Of a DNA stretch of 32,000 bases, positions 15,090 through 23,583 are shown one piece after another (positions within the stretch are counted from its first letter, which is position 1; each line of letters starts with the position of its first letter). The position numbers and the translations under genes are program-made. The DNA lies in NCBI GenBank assembly GCA_004284765.1, contig NQJD01000009.1, positions 30,001 through 62,000 of the forward strand, read 5' to 3'. The notes under the pieces were generated by a model, which had not been told where the DNA came from, ran no database searches, and saw only the letters and a list, made by a program, of their open reading frames with translations. The stretch is from Candidatus Electronema aureum (GTDB lineage: Bacteria > Desulfobacterota > Desulfobulbia > Desulfobulbales > Desulfobulbaceae).

Positions 15090-16385
15090 CTATGGCGTAT
15101 TTGTGCATAACGGTATCTCCTTCAAAAGGAGATTGTGATTTTCTTCTACCTTGTAATCATAGTTAATTTTAAAAAAATCTATTTCTTTTTCTCTTTTTTC
15201 ATACGAAGAAAGGATGTTGTAAATATTATTGGCGGTCGTGGAGTAGTTATGGCCGCTATATTCCATAGAGATTCTTTTGTAAATATTTTTTACCTTTTCA
15301 AATAGATGCCTTTTATCACTATCTTTCTCGTAACATTGAAGTAGATACATATTTAACCCAGCTATGCTGATCTGGGCTTCAGGGATAAAAGAACTTTTTG
15401 GAAACTTTTTTATAAAAGATTCGTAACGACCTATTTGTTCATCAACAGACTCTATGCTGCACTCATATTCGTATGGAATATGTAGATAAACATCAGCAAG
15501 AGCTTTCTGATCATCGCTTGCGTTTTTATTGTTAATAACTTTACGGTAAGGCTTTGCTACTTCTTCCATCTGTGCACACTCACCAGTACACTCTTGGTCA
15601 ACTTTATCAACGGAAGTGGAATTGATCGCTGATGTCGCTGACTGCGTCTTCTCGATTTTTTGTTTTTGATTTGCTGCGTCAGCAGTTACAACTTTGTTTT
15701 CTTTGGTTACAGAAATAGGATTATTCTCCTTTTTAGGAATATAAGCATCCTGTTGAGTTGCAATTTGATTATCCTTCTTAACCTCAGCAGGATAGAACTT
15801 GTAATAGAAGAAAACAAAGGTTGCGACAATGACAAAAGATGTAATTACAATTTTATTTTTGCTGATAAAAATTTTATTGTCTTTATCGGTTTTATTTTCT
15901 ATACGCTCAAAGTTTATATTTGCTTTAAAGTCAGATTCAGTTTTTTCTAAATTTTTTACTTTTTTAATTGAATCGCATTGAGTAATTCCTATCGCTTTGA
16001 TTAAACGCTGATATCCATTCGCTTCATATAAATTCATCCAGTGCCAGCGACTAAGACGAGCTGGAACCTCGCAATCTTCAAGGCGGACAGGAATAATAAA
16101 TATTTTTCCTTCCGGTTGTTCTTCAGCAGCATCAAGTGCAAAACAGATTTCTTTCTGAACGTATCCGCGTTTGTTGACTGAATTTCTGGAAAGACAAACA
16201 ATCACTATAGCGGAAGAGCGAACAGCTTTACGAATTTCATACTGCCAGTCTTGCCCAGGCAAGAGGTCTTCTTCATCGAGCCAAGGATAATAACCATCCT
16301 TTTTTAACCGATGATATAGTTCCCTGACTTTTGCTTTGTCAGCCGAAGAATGGCAGAGAAATATGCGAGAAGAAGGTGATGTCAT
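15090..16385 (-). CDS. TIR-domain membrane protein (N-terminal TIR_2-like domain, one TM helix, Cys-containing helical C-terminal domain)
   Basis: RIFLCHSSADKAKVRELYHRLKKDGYYPWLDEEDLLPGQDWQYEIRKAVRSSAIVIVCLSRNSVNKRGYVQKEICFAL fits the bacterial TIR pattern (hhhSasS.D, W.D, L.PG..W, hhhhhS..S..S.WV..E). The TM helix is IVITSFVIVATFVFFYYKF. The gene is strongly AT-rich relative to its neighbours. ATG 16385 is preferred over TTG 16391. Confidence 0.85.
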   Translation of the reverse strand: MTSPSSRIFLCHSSADKAKVRELYHRLKKDGYYPWLDEEDLLPGQDWQYEIRKAVRSSAIVIVCLSRNSVNKRGYVQKEICFALDAAEEQPEGKIFIIPVRLEDCEVPARLSRWHWMNLYEANGYQRLIKAIGITQCDSIKKVKNLEKTESDFKANINFERIENKTDKDNKIFISKNKIVITSFVIVATFVFFYYKFYPAEVKKDNQIATQQDAYIPKKENNPISVTKENKVVTADAANQKQKIEKTQSATSAINSTSVDKVDQECTGECAQMEEVAKPYRKVINNKNASDDQKALADVYLHIPYEYECSIESVDEQIGRYESFIKKFPKSSFIPEAQISIAGLNMYLLQCYEKDSDKRHLFEKVKNIYKRISMEYSGHNYSTTANNIYNILSSYEKREKEIDFFKINYDYKVEENHNLLLKEIPLCTNTP

Positions 16386-16404
16386 AGCCAATGCAATAAG
16401 TTAT

Positions 16405-17163
16405 TCAATTCAATGTAGTATTGATATCCTCTGCCCTAATCGGACTCACATCCCCAGCCATCACCCGCTGTTCCCTACCGCAGCGGTCAATTATAACATA
16501 TCGCCCGTCCTCGGCAAGTCCTGCGCCGACCGCTGGGATCACTTTGTCCTGACTGCAATATTCCAGCGGCCTGTTGAGCAAATAATCTCGCTGCCGCCAT
16601 TCGGCCAGCAAGTCGGCCTTGTCCTCCTTGAGTCGCTCTGTCGCCGCAAGCAGATCCTCAACTAAACCCGGCAGCAGGGCGGCAGGATTGGCCGCTGCCG
16701 CGCCAGTCTCGGCCAAAGCGATGATCCTGCCGCGCAGCTCCGGCGGAAAGCCCTGCGACAAGGCGGCAACGTTGATACCCACCCCGACCACCACAAATTC
16801 CGGCAGCCCAGCCCGCAGCGGCCCGCTTTCGGTGAGAATGCCGCCGAGCTTTTTGTCGGCAAAATACAGATCATTGGGCCATTTGAGCAGCGGCTGCACA
16901 CTGACCGCAGCCATAAGGCCACGGCACAGCCCGACCCCGGCGGCCAAAGTCAACAGCGGGAAATCGACAAGCTCCAGCTCCGGGCGCAGAATCACGGAAA
17001 AATACAAACCGCCGGGCGGCGAGCAAAACTGCCGCCCGTTCTGCCCGCGTCCGCCGGTCTGTTGATCAGCGTGAACCACCGTACCCTGCGCCGCACCCTG
17101 CCGGGCTAAATCAAGGGCTATGCTGCTGGTCGAATCAACAACCGCAAAATGATGCAGTTGCAT
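16405..17163 (-). CDS. birA: Biotin--[acetyl-CoA-carboxylase] ligase, without an N-terminal HTH (group I)
   Basis: Motifs QTGGRGQNGRQFCSPPGGLYFSVIL and KWPNDLYFADKKLGGILTE. The start overlaps the dnaN stop by 1 nt (TGATG). Confidence 0.9.
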   Translation of the reverse strand: MQLHHFAVVDSTSSIALDLARQGAAQGTVVHADQQTGGRGQNGRQFCSPPGGLYFSVILRPELELVDFPLLTLAAGVGLCRGLMAAVSVQPLLKWPNDLYFADKKLGGILTESGPLRAGLPEFVVVGVGINVAALSQGFPPELRGRIIALAETGAAAANPAALLPGLVEDLLAATERLKEDKADLLAEWRQRDYLLNRPLEYCSQDKVIPAVGAGLAEDGRYVIIDRCGREQRVMAGDVSPIRAEDINTTLN

Positions 17164-18311
17164 CAGGCGATGGACGGCGGGCTGCTCAATTTCATCGGCA
17201 TGACGATGCCGAGAAAACCTTTGTCATCCGCCGAGCTGATCAGGCAAGGGCTTTCGTCTGAGCTGACTGCGGCAGAAATGGCATCGCCTTCCAGCACCGA
17301 AAGTGCCTCAATGAAATAGCGACAATTGAAACCCATGCAGAGATCATGACCGCTGTAAGTGATTTCAATCTCATCTCTTGCTGAACCAAAATCCGCATTT
17401 TCTGAAGTCAGAATAAGCCTATTGCCTTGCGCTTCAAAGCGGATGGCATGAAAAATATCCTCGGTGAAAAGATTAATCCGCTTCAGCGATTCAAGAAACA
17501 TGATCTTGTTAATGATCATGCTATTGTCACTCGACAGCGAGCGGAGGATATTCTCAAAATCGGGAAAATCTCCTTCCATCAGACGGATGACCAAAACCGA
17601 GTTCTCGCTTTGCAGCACTAATTTCTTCTGATCAACTCCTATTCGGCAGTTATCTAATTCTTCGCAGAACTTGCGCATTTGCTGCACACCCCGGCGAGGA
17701 ATCAGGACTGATTGACCAAAATCCAGTCCGGCCAAACCCGCTGCTTCTCGGTTCATAATGCTCAGGCGGTGGCCGTCGGACGTAACCATCCGCAGCACGG
17801 TCTTGCCTTCCTCCTCGCGCTTTTGCAGCAGGGCAGCAGTGAGGTTGTACATGTTCTCGCGGTCAGCAGCGATGGAGAACAAGGTTTTGTCGATCAGGTC
17901 GCAGAGCGCGTCGCTTTCCACATCGACCAAAGCCTGCTCGTCGTATTGGTCAAACTGGGGGAACTCCTCGCTCACCATGCCAGCTAACCGATAGGTGCTG
18001 CTGCCCGCACTGATGCGAATCCAATTCTTCTCCTCTTCTTTGAAATTGATCGTCTCTGAGCCAGATTCGCGAACCAACTCAAAGAGCTTTTTTGAAGGAA
18101 TGGTCAGGGTTCCGCCTTCAAAAACCTCGGCAGGTACGATCTGACGCAGACTGACCTCCAAGTCGGTACCAGTGAAAATCACCTCGTTGTTCCGCACTTC
18201 CAGCAGCACGTTGGAGAGAATCGCCAGTGTGCCCTTCTTGTTCGTGATGTTTTGCTGGGCACTGATCGCGTCCAAGAGGTCTTTCTTGGCGATGTTAAAA
18301 TGGAACGGCAT
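17163..18311 (-). CDS. dnaN: DNA polymerase III beta sliding clamp
   Basis: The N-terminus is FNIAKKDLLDAISAQQNITNKKGTLAILSNVLLEV, the length is 382 aa and the C-terminus is GIVMPMKL. GGAG lies 9 nt upstream of the ATG. Confidence 0.95.
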   Translation of the reverse strand: MPFHFNIAKKDLLDAISAQQNITNKKGTLAILSNVLLEVRNNEVIFTGTDLEVSLRQIVPAEVFEGGTLTIPSKKLFELVRESGSETINFKEEEKNWIRISAGSSTYRLAGMVSEEFPQFDQYDEQALVDVESDALCDLIDKTLFSIAADRENMYNLTAALLQKREEEGKTVLRMVTSDGHRLSIMNREAAGLAGLDFGQSVLIPRRGVQQMRKFCEELDNCRIGVDQKKLVLQSENSVLVIRLMEGDFPDFENILRSLSSDNSMIINKIMFLESLKRINLFTEDIFHAIRFEAQGNRLILTSENADFGSARDEIEITYSGHDLCMGFNCRYFIEALSVLEGDAISAAVSSDESPCLISSADDKGFLGIVMPMKLSSPPSIA

Positions 18312-18341
18312 AATAAGTACTCCTTTTATATATAAAAGACT

Positions 18342-18510
18342 TGTTGATATTGGGGCTGTTGATTTGTTGATAACAGACGCAACAAGCTGGTATCAAACGA
18401 ATTGCCCTGTTGATAACTTGGTAGTTCTTTGTTAATAAGATCAGCCTTGCCTTGGTTCCTAACAGGGTTGCTAACACGTTATCAACAAGTTGTTAACAAG
18501 TTATTAACAA
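18342..18510. promoter_or_regulatory. Cluster of DnaA-box-like 9-mers (candidate oriC or DnaA-regulated dnaN promoter)
   Basis: TGTTGATAA / TTATCAACA occurs exactly at 18365-18373, 18408-18416 and 18479-18487. One-mismatch variants lie at 18342-18350, 18357-18365, 18430-18438, 18490-18498 and 18501-18509. The motif differs from the DnaA consensus TTATCCACA at one position. An AT-rich patch TTTTATATATAAAAG lies at 18325-18339, and the flanking genes diverge. Confidence 0.5.
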
Positions 18511-18653
18511 GCAAACAGGCACGGGCCAGAGAAGAGGAAATATACCAAGTTGCCGCCTTGGTGACGATCTTTTATTTCAGCCAAGAGCCGCTGTCAGTTG
18601 CAATTTTGCCCAAATTGAGGTAACTCTGCTTGAAATTCAACCGTCGGAACGCC

Positions 18654-20306
18654 ATGCTCCACCTGATCAGCATCAACTGCCGCTACTCCCACTCTTGCCT
18701 TGCTCAATTCTGCGTCCGCGCCGAACTGGAACGCTACTTACCAGATGAGCAAGTTCTTCTCAGCCAATTCACCCTCAACGATCCGTATTACCCCACGCTG
18801 CTGCGGATTAGCGGCCAGCCAGCTAAGGCTTTGCTGTTCTCGGTCTATATCTGGAATCACGCTTACATCCGCCGCTTAGTTGTTGATATAGCCAAGCTAC
18901 TGCCGGAGATGCCGATCATTCTTGGTGGCCCGCAGGCGCAGGCTTTAGCAGGGCTGCCGATGATACAATGCACCATTTTTACTGGAGAGATCGAAGGCGC
19001 AGGCGAAGAGTTTTTTCACGATCTTCAAGTCGGAACGTTGAAGCCTTTCTATCAGGCTGAACCCAGCCGCAGCTTTCCCTCTCCCTACCGGCAGAAGGAT
19101 TTCCACACCCACCTAAAAAATCGGCAGATGTATTATGAGTCCTCGCGCGGCTGCCCTTTTACCTGTTCTTACTGCCTTTCTTCCATTTCCAAGGGCGTGC
19201 GTCATAAGCCGATAGAGCAGGTCAAAGAGGAGCTGGCGGGCCTGATTGCGGCTCATCCGATGATCATCAAGTTGGTTGACCGCACTTTTAACGACAGCCC
19301 GGAACGCGCCCTTGCCCTTTGGAAATTTCTGCTCAAGGAAGCAGGCAACGTGCGCTTTCATTTTGAGATTGCACCTGATCGATTTACCGAGGAGCTGTTT
19401 GCGCTGCTGGCCCAAGTGCCTTGCGATCTCTTTCAGTTTGAGATTGGCATTCAAAGCTGTAACCAGCAAACCTTAGCGGCGGTTAAGCGGCGCATGAACG
19501 TGGAGCACGCTGAGGCGAATATCCGCCGCCTTGTCGCGTTCGACAGCATCCATATTCATGCTGATTTGATTCTCGGTCTACCCTTTGAGACAGCAGCGAG
19601 CTTTCTTGATTCCTTCAACCGGGTCTTCCGCTGCGCTCCCCATTACATTCAGCTCGGTCTGCTCAAAGTGCTGCCGGATACTGAGATGCAAGCGCGGGCC
19701 GCAGAATTTGGCTTGGTGTATTGCAGTGAGCCACCTTACGAGGTGCTGGCCACCCGTTGGTTAGAGCATGGGCAACTGAGTGAGCTGCACGAGTTCTGCG
19801 AATGTGTGGAGTCTTTCTACAACAGCCGCTTCTTCCGCTCCCTGTGGCCGTATCTCCTCCAGATCAACGAAGAGCCGAGCGGCTTTTTTCAGACGTTGCT
19901 TGGTTGCTGCCGTGCGCATAACTTCTTCCGCCTTGCCCACACCCAGGCCCTGATGAACAGCCTGTTAGTGGAGCTGGCCCAGCAGCGCGAAGACGGCCCG
20001 CTCTTGCTGGAGTTACTGCGCTACGATTGGCTGCGCTGCGGTCAGCGTTTTTTGCCCGACAATTTGGCAAGCAGTTCGCAGTCGGAGCTACGCGACCGCC
20101 TCCGCCGTGAGCTGCCGCAAGAGATAGAAGGGCTTTTCTCGACACGCTCACGGACAGAGTTTCTCAAGCATTCGGTTTTTTTGGAGCTATCCGAGCAAGC
20201 GATGGCACTACTGGTGTTAGGAAAGAGTCCGGCGGTGCTGGCGTTTCTGCCGGAGCAGAGCAGCGGAGTGATGAAGTTCAACCGGGCTGTGGTGGTGGAA
20301 TGCTGA
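18654..20306 (+). CDS. B12-binding-domain radical SAM protein (DUF4080-type C-terminus)
   Basis: The radical SAM cluster motif is SSRGCPFTCSYCLSS (CxxxCxxC). The N-terminal LHLISINCRYSHSCLAQ and IILGGPQA are typical of the cobalamin-binding N-domain of class B enzymes. ATG 18654 is preferred over TTG 18630. Confidence 0.8.
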   Translation: MLHLISINCRYSHSCLAQFCVRAELERYLPDEQVLLSQFTLNDPYYPTLLRISGQPAKALLFSVYIWNHAYIRRLVVDIAKLLPEMPIILGGPQAQALAGLPMIQCTIFTGEIEGAGEEFFHDLQVGTLKPFYQAEPSRSFPSPYRQKDFHTHLKNRQMYYESSRGCPFTCSYCLSSISKGVRHKPIEQVKEELAGLIAAHPMIIKLVDRTFNDSPERALALWKFLLKEAGNVRFHFEIAPDRFTEELFALLAQVPCDLFQFEIGIQSCNQQTLAAVKRRMNVEHAEANIRRLVAFDSIHIHADLILGLPFETAASFLDSFNRVFRCAPHYIQLGLLKVLPDTEMQARAAEFGLVYCSEPPYEVLATRWLEHGQLSELHEFCECVESFYNSRFFRSLWPYLLQINEEPSGFFQTLLGCCRAHNFFRLAHTQALMNSLLVELAQQREDGPLLLELLRYDWLRCGQRFLPDNLASSSQSELRDRLRRELPQEIEGLFSTRSRTEFLKHSVFLELSEQAMALLVLGKSPAVLAFLPEQSSGVMKFNRAVVVEC

Positions 20307-20437
20307 AGAAATACGAATCTTGGGCAAGCACGGAGAGTCGCCTCTTGTCTTTTGCTCATTGTGGTGGTTAGCTACCATCACACGAGCCGGGGAGAGTAGT
20401 GGCGAAGCTGGGGAAAATAACAAACAAGGAAAAACAA

Positions 20438-21127
20438 ATGGCACTGCAACTCAACTTCATCGAACGCATCACCCGCACACCAAAGGCCAACAGCTACCGT
20501 TTTAGCCGACCGATAGACTTTTCTTTTCAGGCCGGACAGTACATGTTGCTCTGGCCGGAAGCAAGCGGCAGTTTGGTACATCCGCTCTCCTTCAGCGATG
20601 GGCCGCAGGAGGATTTTCTTGAATTCACCAAACGAATGACCGGCTCGGCCTACTGTCAGAGCCTTGAGAGCCTGCGCCCCGGTGATCAAATCACGGCCAA
20701 AGGCCCGCTGGGGAGCTTTTCAGCGGAGGGGATTGCTGGGCAGATTGTTTGCATCGCGGGCGGCATCGGCATCACGCCGATTCGCAGCATTTTAGCTGAA
20801 TTGGCACATCAACACGACCGCCGCGCTATTACTCTGATTTACGGCAATGCAGACGAGGAAGATATTGCCTTTGAACAGGAACTCGCCGCACTGAATTTGT
20901 TGAATTTCCAAATAGTACATGTCCTGCAAAAGCCTATTAGCCGCTTACAAGCTCATGCCGGATTCATCAACGCAGAAATCATTCGGGCTGAGGTGCAACA
21001 GCTCGAATCCTCAACTTTCCTCATCTCTGGCCCACCCGTGATGGTCAAGGCAGTGGAAAGCCAGCTCGCCACGCTCGGCATCAGTCAAGAGCAAATCAGA
21101 ACAGATCGCTTTCTCGGCTATAGCTAA
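20438..21127 (+). CDS. Ferredoxin-NADP reductase-like FAD/NAD(P)-binding oxidoreductase
   Basis: Motifs FSFQAGQYM, HPLSFS (RxYS-type FAD motif), GPLGSF and CIAGGIGITPIRSIL (NAD(P) motif). ATG 20438 is preceded by AGGA. The longest ORF starts at GTG 20399. Confidence 0.8.
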   Translation: MALQLNFIERITRTPKANSYRFSRPIDFSFQAGQYMLLWPEASGSLVHPLSFSDGPQEDFLEFTKRMTGSAYCQSLESLRPGDQITAKGPLGSFSAEGIAGQIVCIAGGIGITPIRSILAELAHQHDRRAITLIYGNADEEDIAFEQELAALNLLNFQIVHVLQKPISRLQAHAGFINAEIIRAEVQQLESSTFLISGPPVMVKAVESQLATLGISQEQIRTDRFLGYS

Positions 21128-21423
21128 GGTTCACGCGCGCGCTCTGGCAGCGGCTTATCTTCCCGTTGTTGGCAGGATTTCTCTGGCAGAGTGATGTTTA
21201 ATTCCAAAATTTCGCAGTCCTGTTCTCGATCCAAGGTGATGGAAATATCATCTTGGTTAATATCGACATATTTCTTAATCACCGCCAACAGCTCATCTTG
21301 GAGCTGCGGCAGAAACGAAGGCCGGTCCCGCTGAATCTTGTCCCGGGTAATCAGAATGCTCAACCGTTCCTTGGCCACCTCCGCCGATTTGCGGTTGGCG
21401 TTGAAATAGTCAAATAAACCCAT
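21124..21423 (-). CDS. minE: Cell division topological specificity factor MinE
   Basis: MGLFDYF...KSAEVAKERLSIL plus the minCDE gene order. Confidence 0.9.
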   Translation of the reverse strand: MGLFDYFNANRKSAEVAKERLSILITRDKIQRDRPSFLPQLQDELLAVIKKYVDINQDDISITLDREQDCEILELNITLPEKSCQQREDKPLPERAREP

Positions 21424-22242
21424 TTAATTGCCCCCGAAGAATTTGCTGAAGATACTCTTCTTTTTCGGGTCGATGAAACGCATCTCAATGTCTTCACCGA
21501 GAAAGCGGGCCACGCAGTCCTGATAGGCCATCCCTGCGTCGCTATTCCGGTTGGCAATCACTGGTACACCTTGGTTAGAGGCAGTCAGCACTGCTTCAGA
21601 CTCCGGGATGACTCCCAGCAGCGGAATAGACAGAATTTCCTGAATATCTTTAACCGAGAGCATTTCTCCACGGCTGACCCGCTCCGGCGAATAACGGGTG
21701 AGCAGCAGATGCTCTTTGACCGGGGTGCGGTTTTCCACCACCCGTTTAGTTTTGCTCGCTAAGAGGCCGAGAATGCGGTCAGAATCGCGCACTGAGGAGA
21801 TTTCTGGATTCGTGACCACGACAGCTTCATCGGCAAAATACATCGCCATAAACGCACCGTGTTCAATACCAGCTGGGGAATCACAGACGATGTAATCAAA
21901 GGTTTCCTTCAGCTCGTTGAGGACAGTCTCTACGCCTTCCATCGTCAGCGATTCCTTGTCCTTGGTCTGTGAAGCAGGCAGAATGTAGAGATTTTCCGTG
22001 CGCTTGTCGCGGATCAGGGCTTGATTCAGCCGAGCTTCTTTATTGATCACGTTGACAAAATCATAGACCACCCGCCGCTCACAACCCATGATCAAGTCTA
22101 AATTTCGTAGGCCGACATCGAAATCAACTACAGCGGTCTTGTGGCCTTCTAAGGCCAGTCCCATAGCGAACGCCGCACTGGTGGTGGTTTTACCCACGCC
22201 GCCCTTGCCAGAAGTGATGACGATTATTTTCGTATTGGTCAA
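21424..22242 (-). CDS. minD: Septum site-determining ATPase MinD
   Basis: VITSGKGGVGKTTTSAAFAMGLA (deviant Walker A) and DFDVGLRNLDLIMG. The C-terminal amphipathic tail is KKSIFSKFFGG. Confidence 0.95.
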   Translation of the reverse strand: MTNTKIIVITSGKGGVGKTTTSAAFAMGLALEGHKTAVVDFDVGLRNLDLIMGCERRVVYDFVNVINKEARLNQALIRDKRTENLYILPASQTKDKESLTMEGVETVLNELKETFDYIVCDSPAGIEHGAFMAMYFADEAVVVTNPEISSVRDSDRILGLLASKTKRVVENRTPVKEHLLLTRYSPERVSRGEMLSVKDIQEILSIPLLGVIPESEAVLTASNQGVPVIANRNSDAGMAYQDCVARFLGEDIEMRFIDPKKKSIFSKFFGGN

Positions 22243-22272
22243 GTTTTATCCTCCAGAAAACAGATTGATTCG

Positions 22273-23028
22273 CTATAAGGCGGTGATGTGCAGCCTGCCG
22301 CCGTGCAGGCGGATGTGTACGGCCTTGGAACGCAAATGGGCCGGAAAATCCTCGCTGACTAAATGAATGCCCGCGATGGAGACGAGTTCTGCCTCTAATC
22401 GCTGACAAAAGATGCGGGCCTTGGGACTACCATTGCAACCGGCAAAAGCACGACCCCGCAAGGTACCATAGACGTGAATGTTGCCCGGAGCGGTAATTTC
22501 CGCACCAGAACCCACTGAAGCCATCACGGTCAAATCGCCTTGCTCGACCGTAACACTCTGGCCTGAGCGTACCGGTTCGGTGAGGATAAGCGAGGTGTCA
22601 GTTGCGGTGGTGGGCTTTTCCTGCGCTGCTGGCAGCGGGATCAGAACAGGCTCTTCCGCAAAAAATTCTTCCGTTTCCTCGTCTTGCGCTCGTCCACTTG
22701 CCCGCGTAGTCAGCACGGCTAATTCCATCGCCGCCGCTTGGTGTTTCTGCTGCTCAGTGCAGCCGGTGATCCCAACTGGAATGAAGCCCTGCGCCCGCAC
22801 GATGCTGACCAACATAGCCAAGTCGATATGCTCTTCTTCGTCCAAATGTTGAAGATTGATCACCACCGGGGCGTTATGAAAGAAATCTGCTGCCTGCCGG
22901 ACTTTTTCGGCCAGCTGCACTGCTGCTGCATCCAGATCATTTTTCCGCAGCGACAAGACCAGAATGGTGAAGGACGTTCCTTTGAGATCAAAGGCGGCCT
23001 TATTGTCATGTTTAGCAGAATTGGGCAT
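22273..23028 (-). CDS. minC: Septum site-determining protein MinC
   Basis: The C-terminal beta-helix motifs are SGQSV...GDLTVMASVGSGAEITAPGNIHVYGTLRGRAFAG. The gene sits upstream of minD. Confidence 0.9.
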   Translation of the reverse strand: MPNSAKHDNKAAFDLKGTSFTILVLSLRKNDLDAAAVQLAEKVRQAADFFHNAPVVINLQHLDEEEHIDLAMLVSIVRAQGFIPVGITGCTEQQKHQAAAMELAVLTTRASGRAQDEETEEFFAEEPVLIPLPAAQEKPTTATDTSLILTEPVRSGQSVTVEQGDLTVMASVGSGAEITAPGNIHVYGTLRGRAFAGCNGSPKARIFCQRLEAELVSIAGIHLVSEDFPAHLRSKAVHIRLHGGRLHITAL

Positions 23029-23133
23029 GTATGTTGGTTTTTAAATGCGCTCCGCAGCAGAGCCGAATTGCAAGCAATCATCAATGGTTCTTATCCACTA
23101 TAACCGGTTTCAAAATTACGTCCAGCCGGAAAA

Positions 23134-23172
23134 TAAAAAAAGCCGCTCCGACTGCCCGGAACGGCTTTTTTT
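23134..23172 (-). terminator. Rho-independent terminator with symmetric A/T flanks (potentially bidirectional) after the cell-wall hydrolase gene
   Basis: The stem AGCCGCTCCG (23141-23150) pairs with CGGAACGGCT (23157-23166) with one mismatch. It is flanked by A6 on the left and T7 on the right. Confidence 0.7.
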
Positions 23173-23190
23173 CCGCTGCCTGCAAGCAGG

Positions 23191-23583
23191 TTAGTTGCGG
23201 TAGAACAGATGATCGCCGTATTTGGCGACATAGGTTTTACTTCCAGCCCATTTTGGGCGGACATCGTGTCGGTGGTAAAAGGTCGCGCCTTTAGTAAAGT
23301 CTCTGCTGATCATGGCTTTCATGGCCGTCTGCATACAGTCCATAAAGACATCTGTTTCCGTGGGCATATAGGATTTCTGGAGAAACGTCCAGCTGAACTG
23401 GCGGGGAGCAGTGACCACCTGCTCAACCGTTTGATTGCCTTGGTTGGCCCGATTCAGAGTGACATGGGCGACAGCAAGCTGACCGATCTGGGGTTCGCTG
23501 CGCGCTTCATGATAAATGTTAAGCGTCAGCCAAAGCAGCCCTTCGAGAAAACTCATAACCTGCACCTCATCTGATGTGTTCAT
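23191..23583 (-). CDS. Cell wall hydrolase, SleB/CwlJ (Hydrolase_2) family
   Basis: Motifs LTLNIYHEARSEP, VAHVTLNRAN, APRQFSW and YHRHDVRPKW. An alternative start is ATG 23556. Confidence 0.75.
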   Translation of the reverse strand: MNTSDEVQVMSFLEGLLWLTLNIYHEARSEPQIGQLAVAHVTLNRANQGNQTVEQVVTAPRQFSWTFLQKSYMPTETDVFMDCMQTAMKAMISRDFTKGATFYHRHDVRPKWAGSKTYVAKYGDHLFYRN

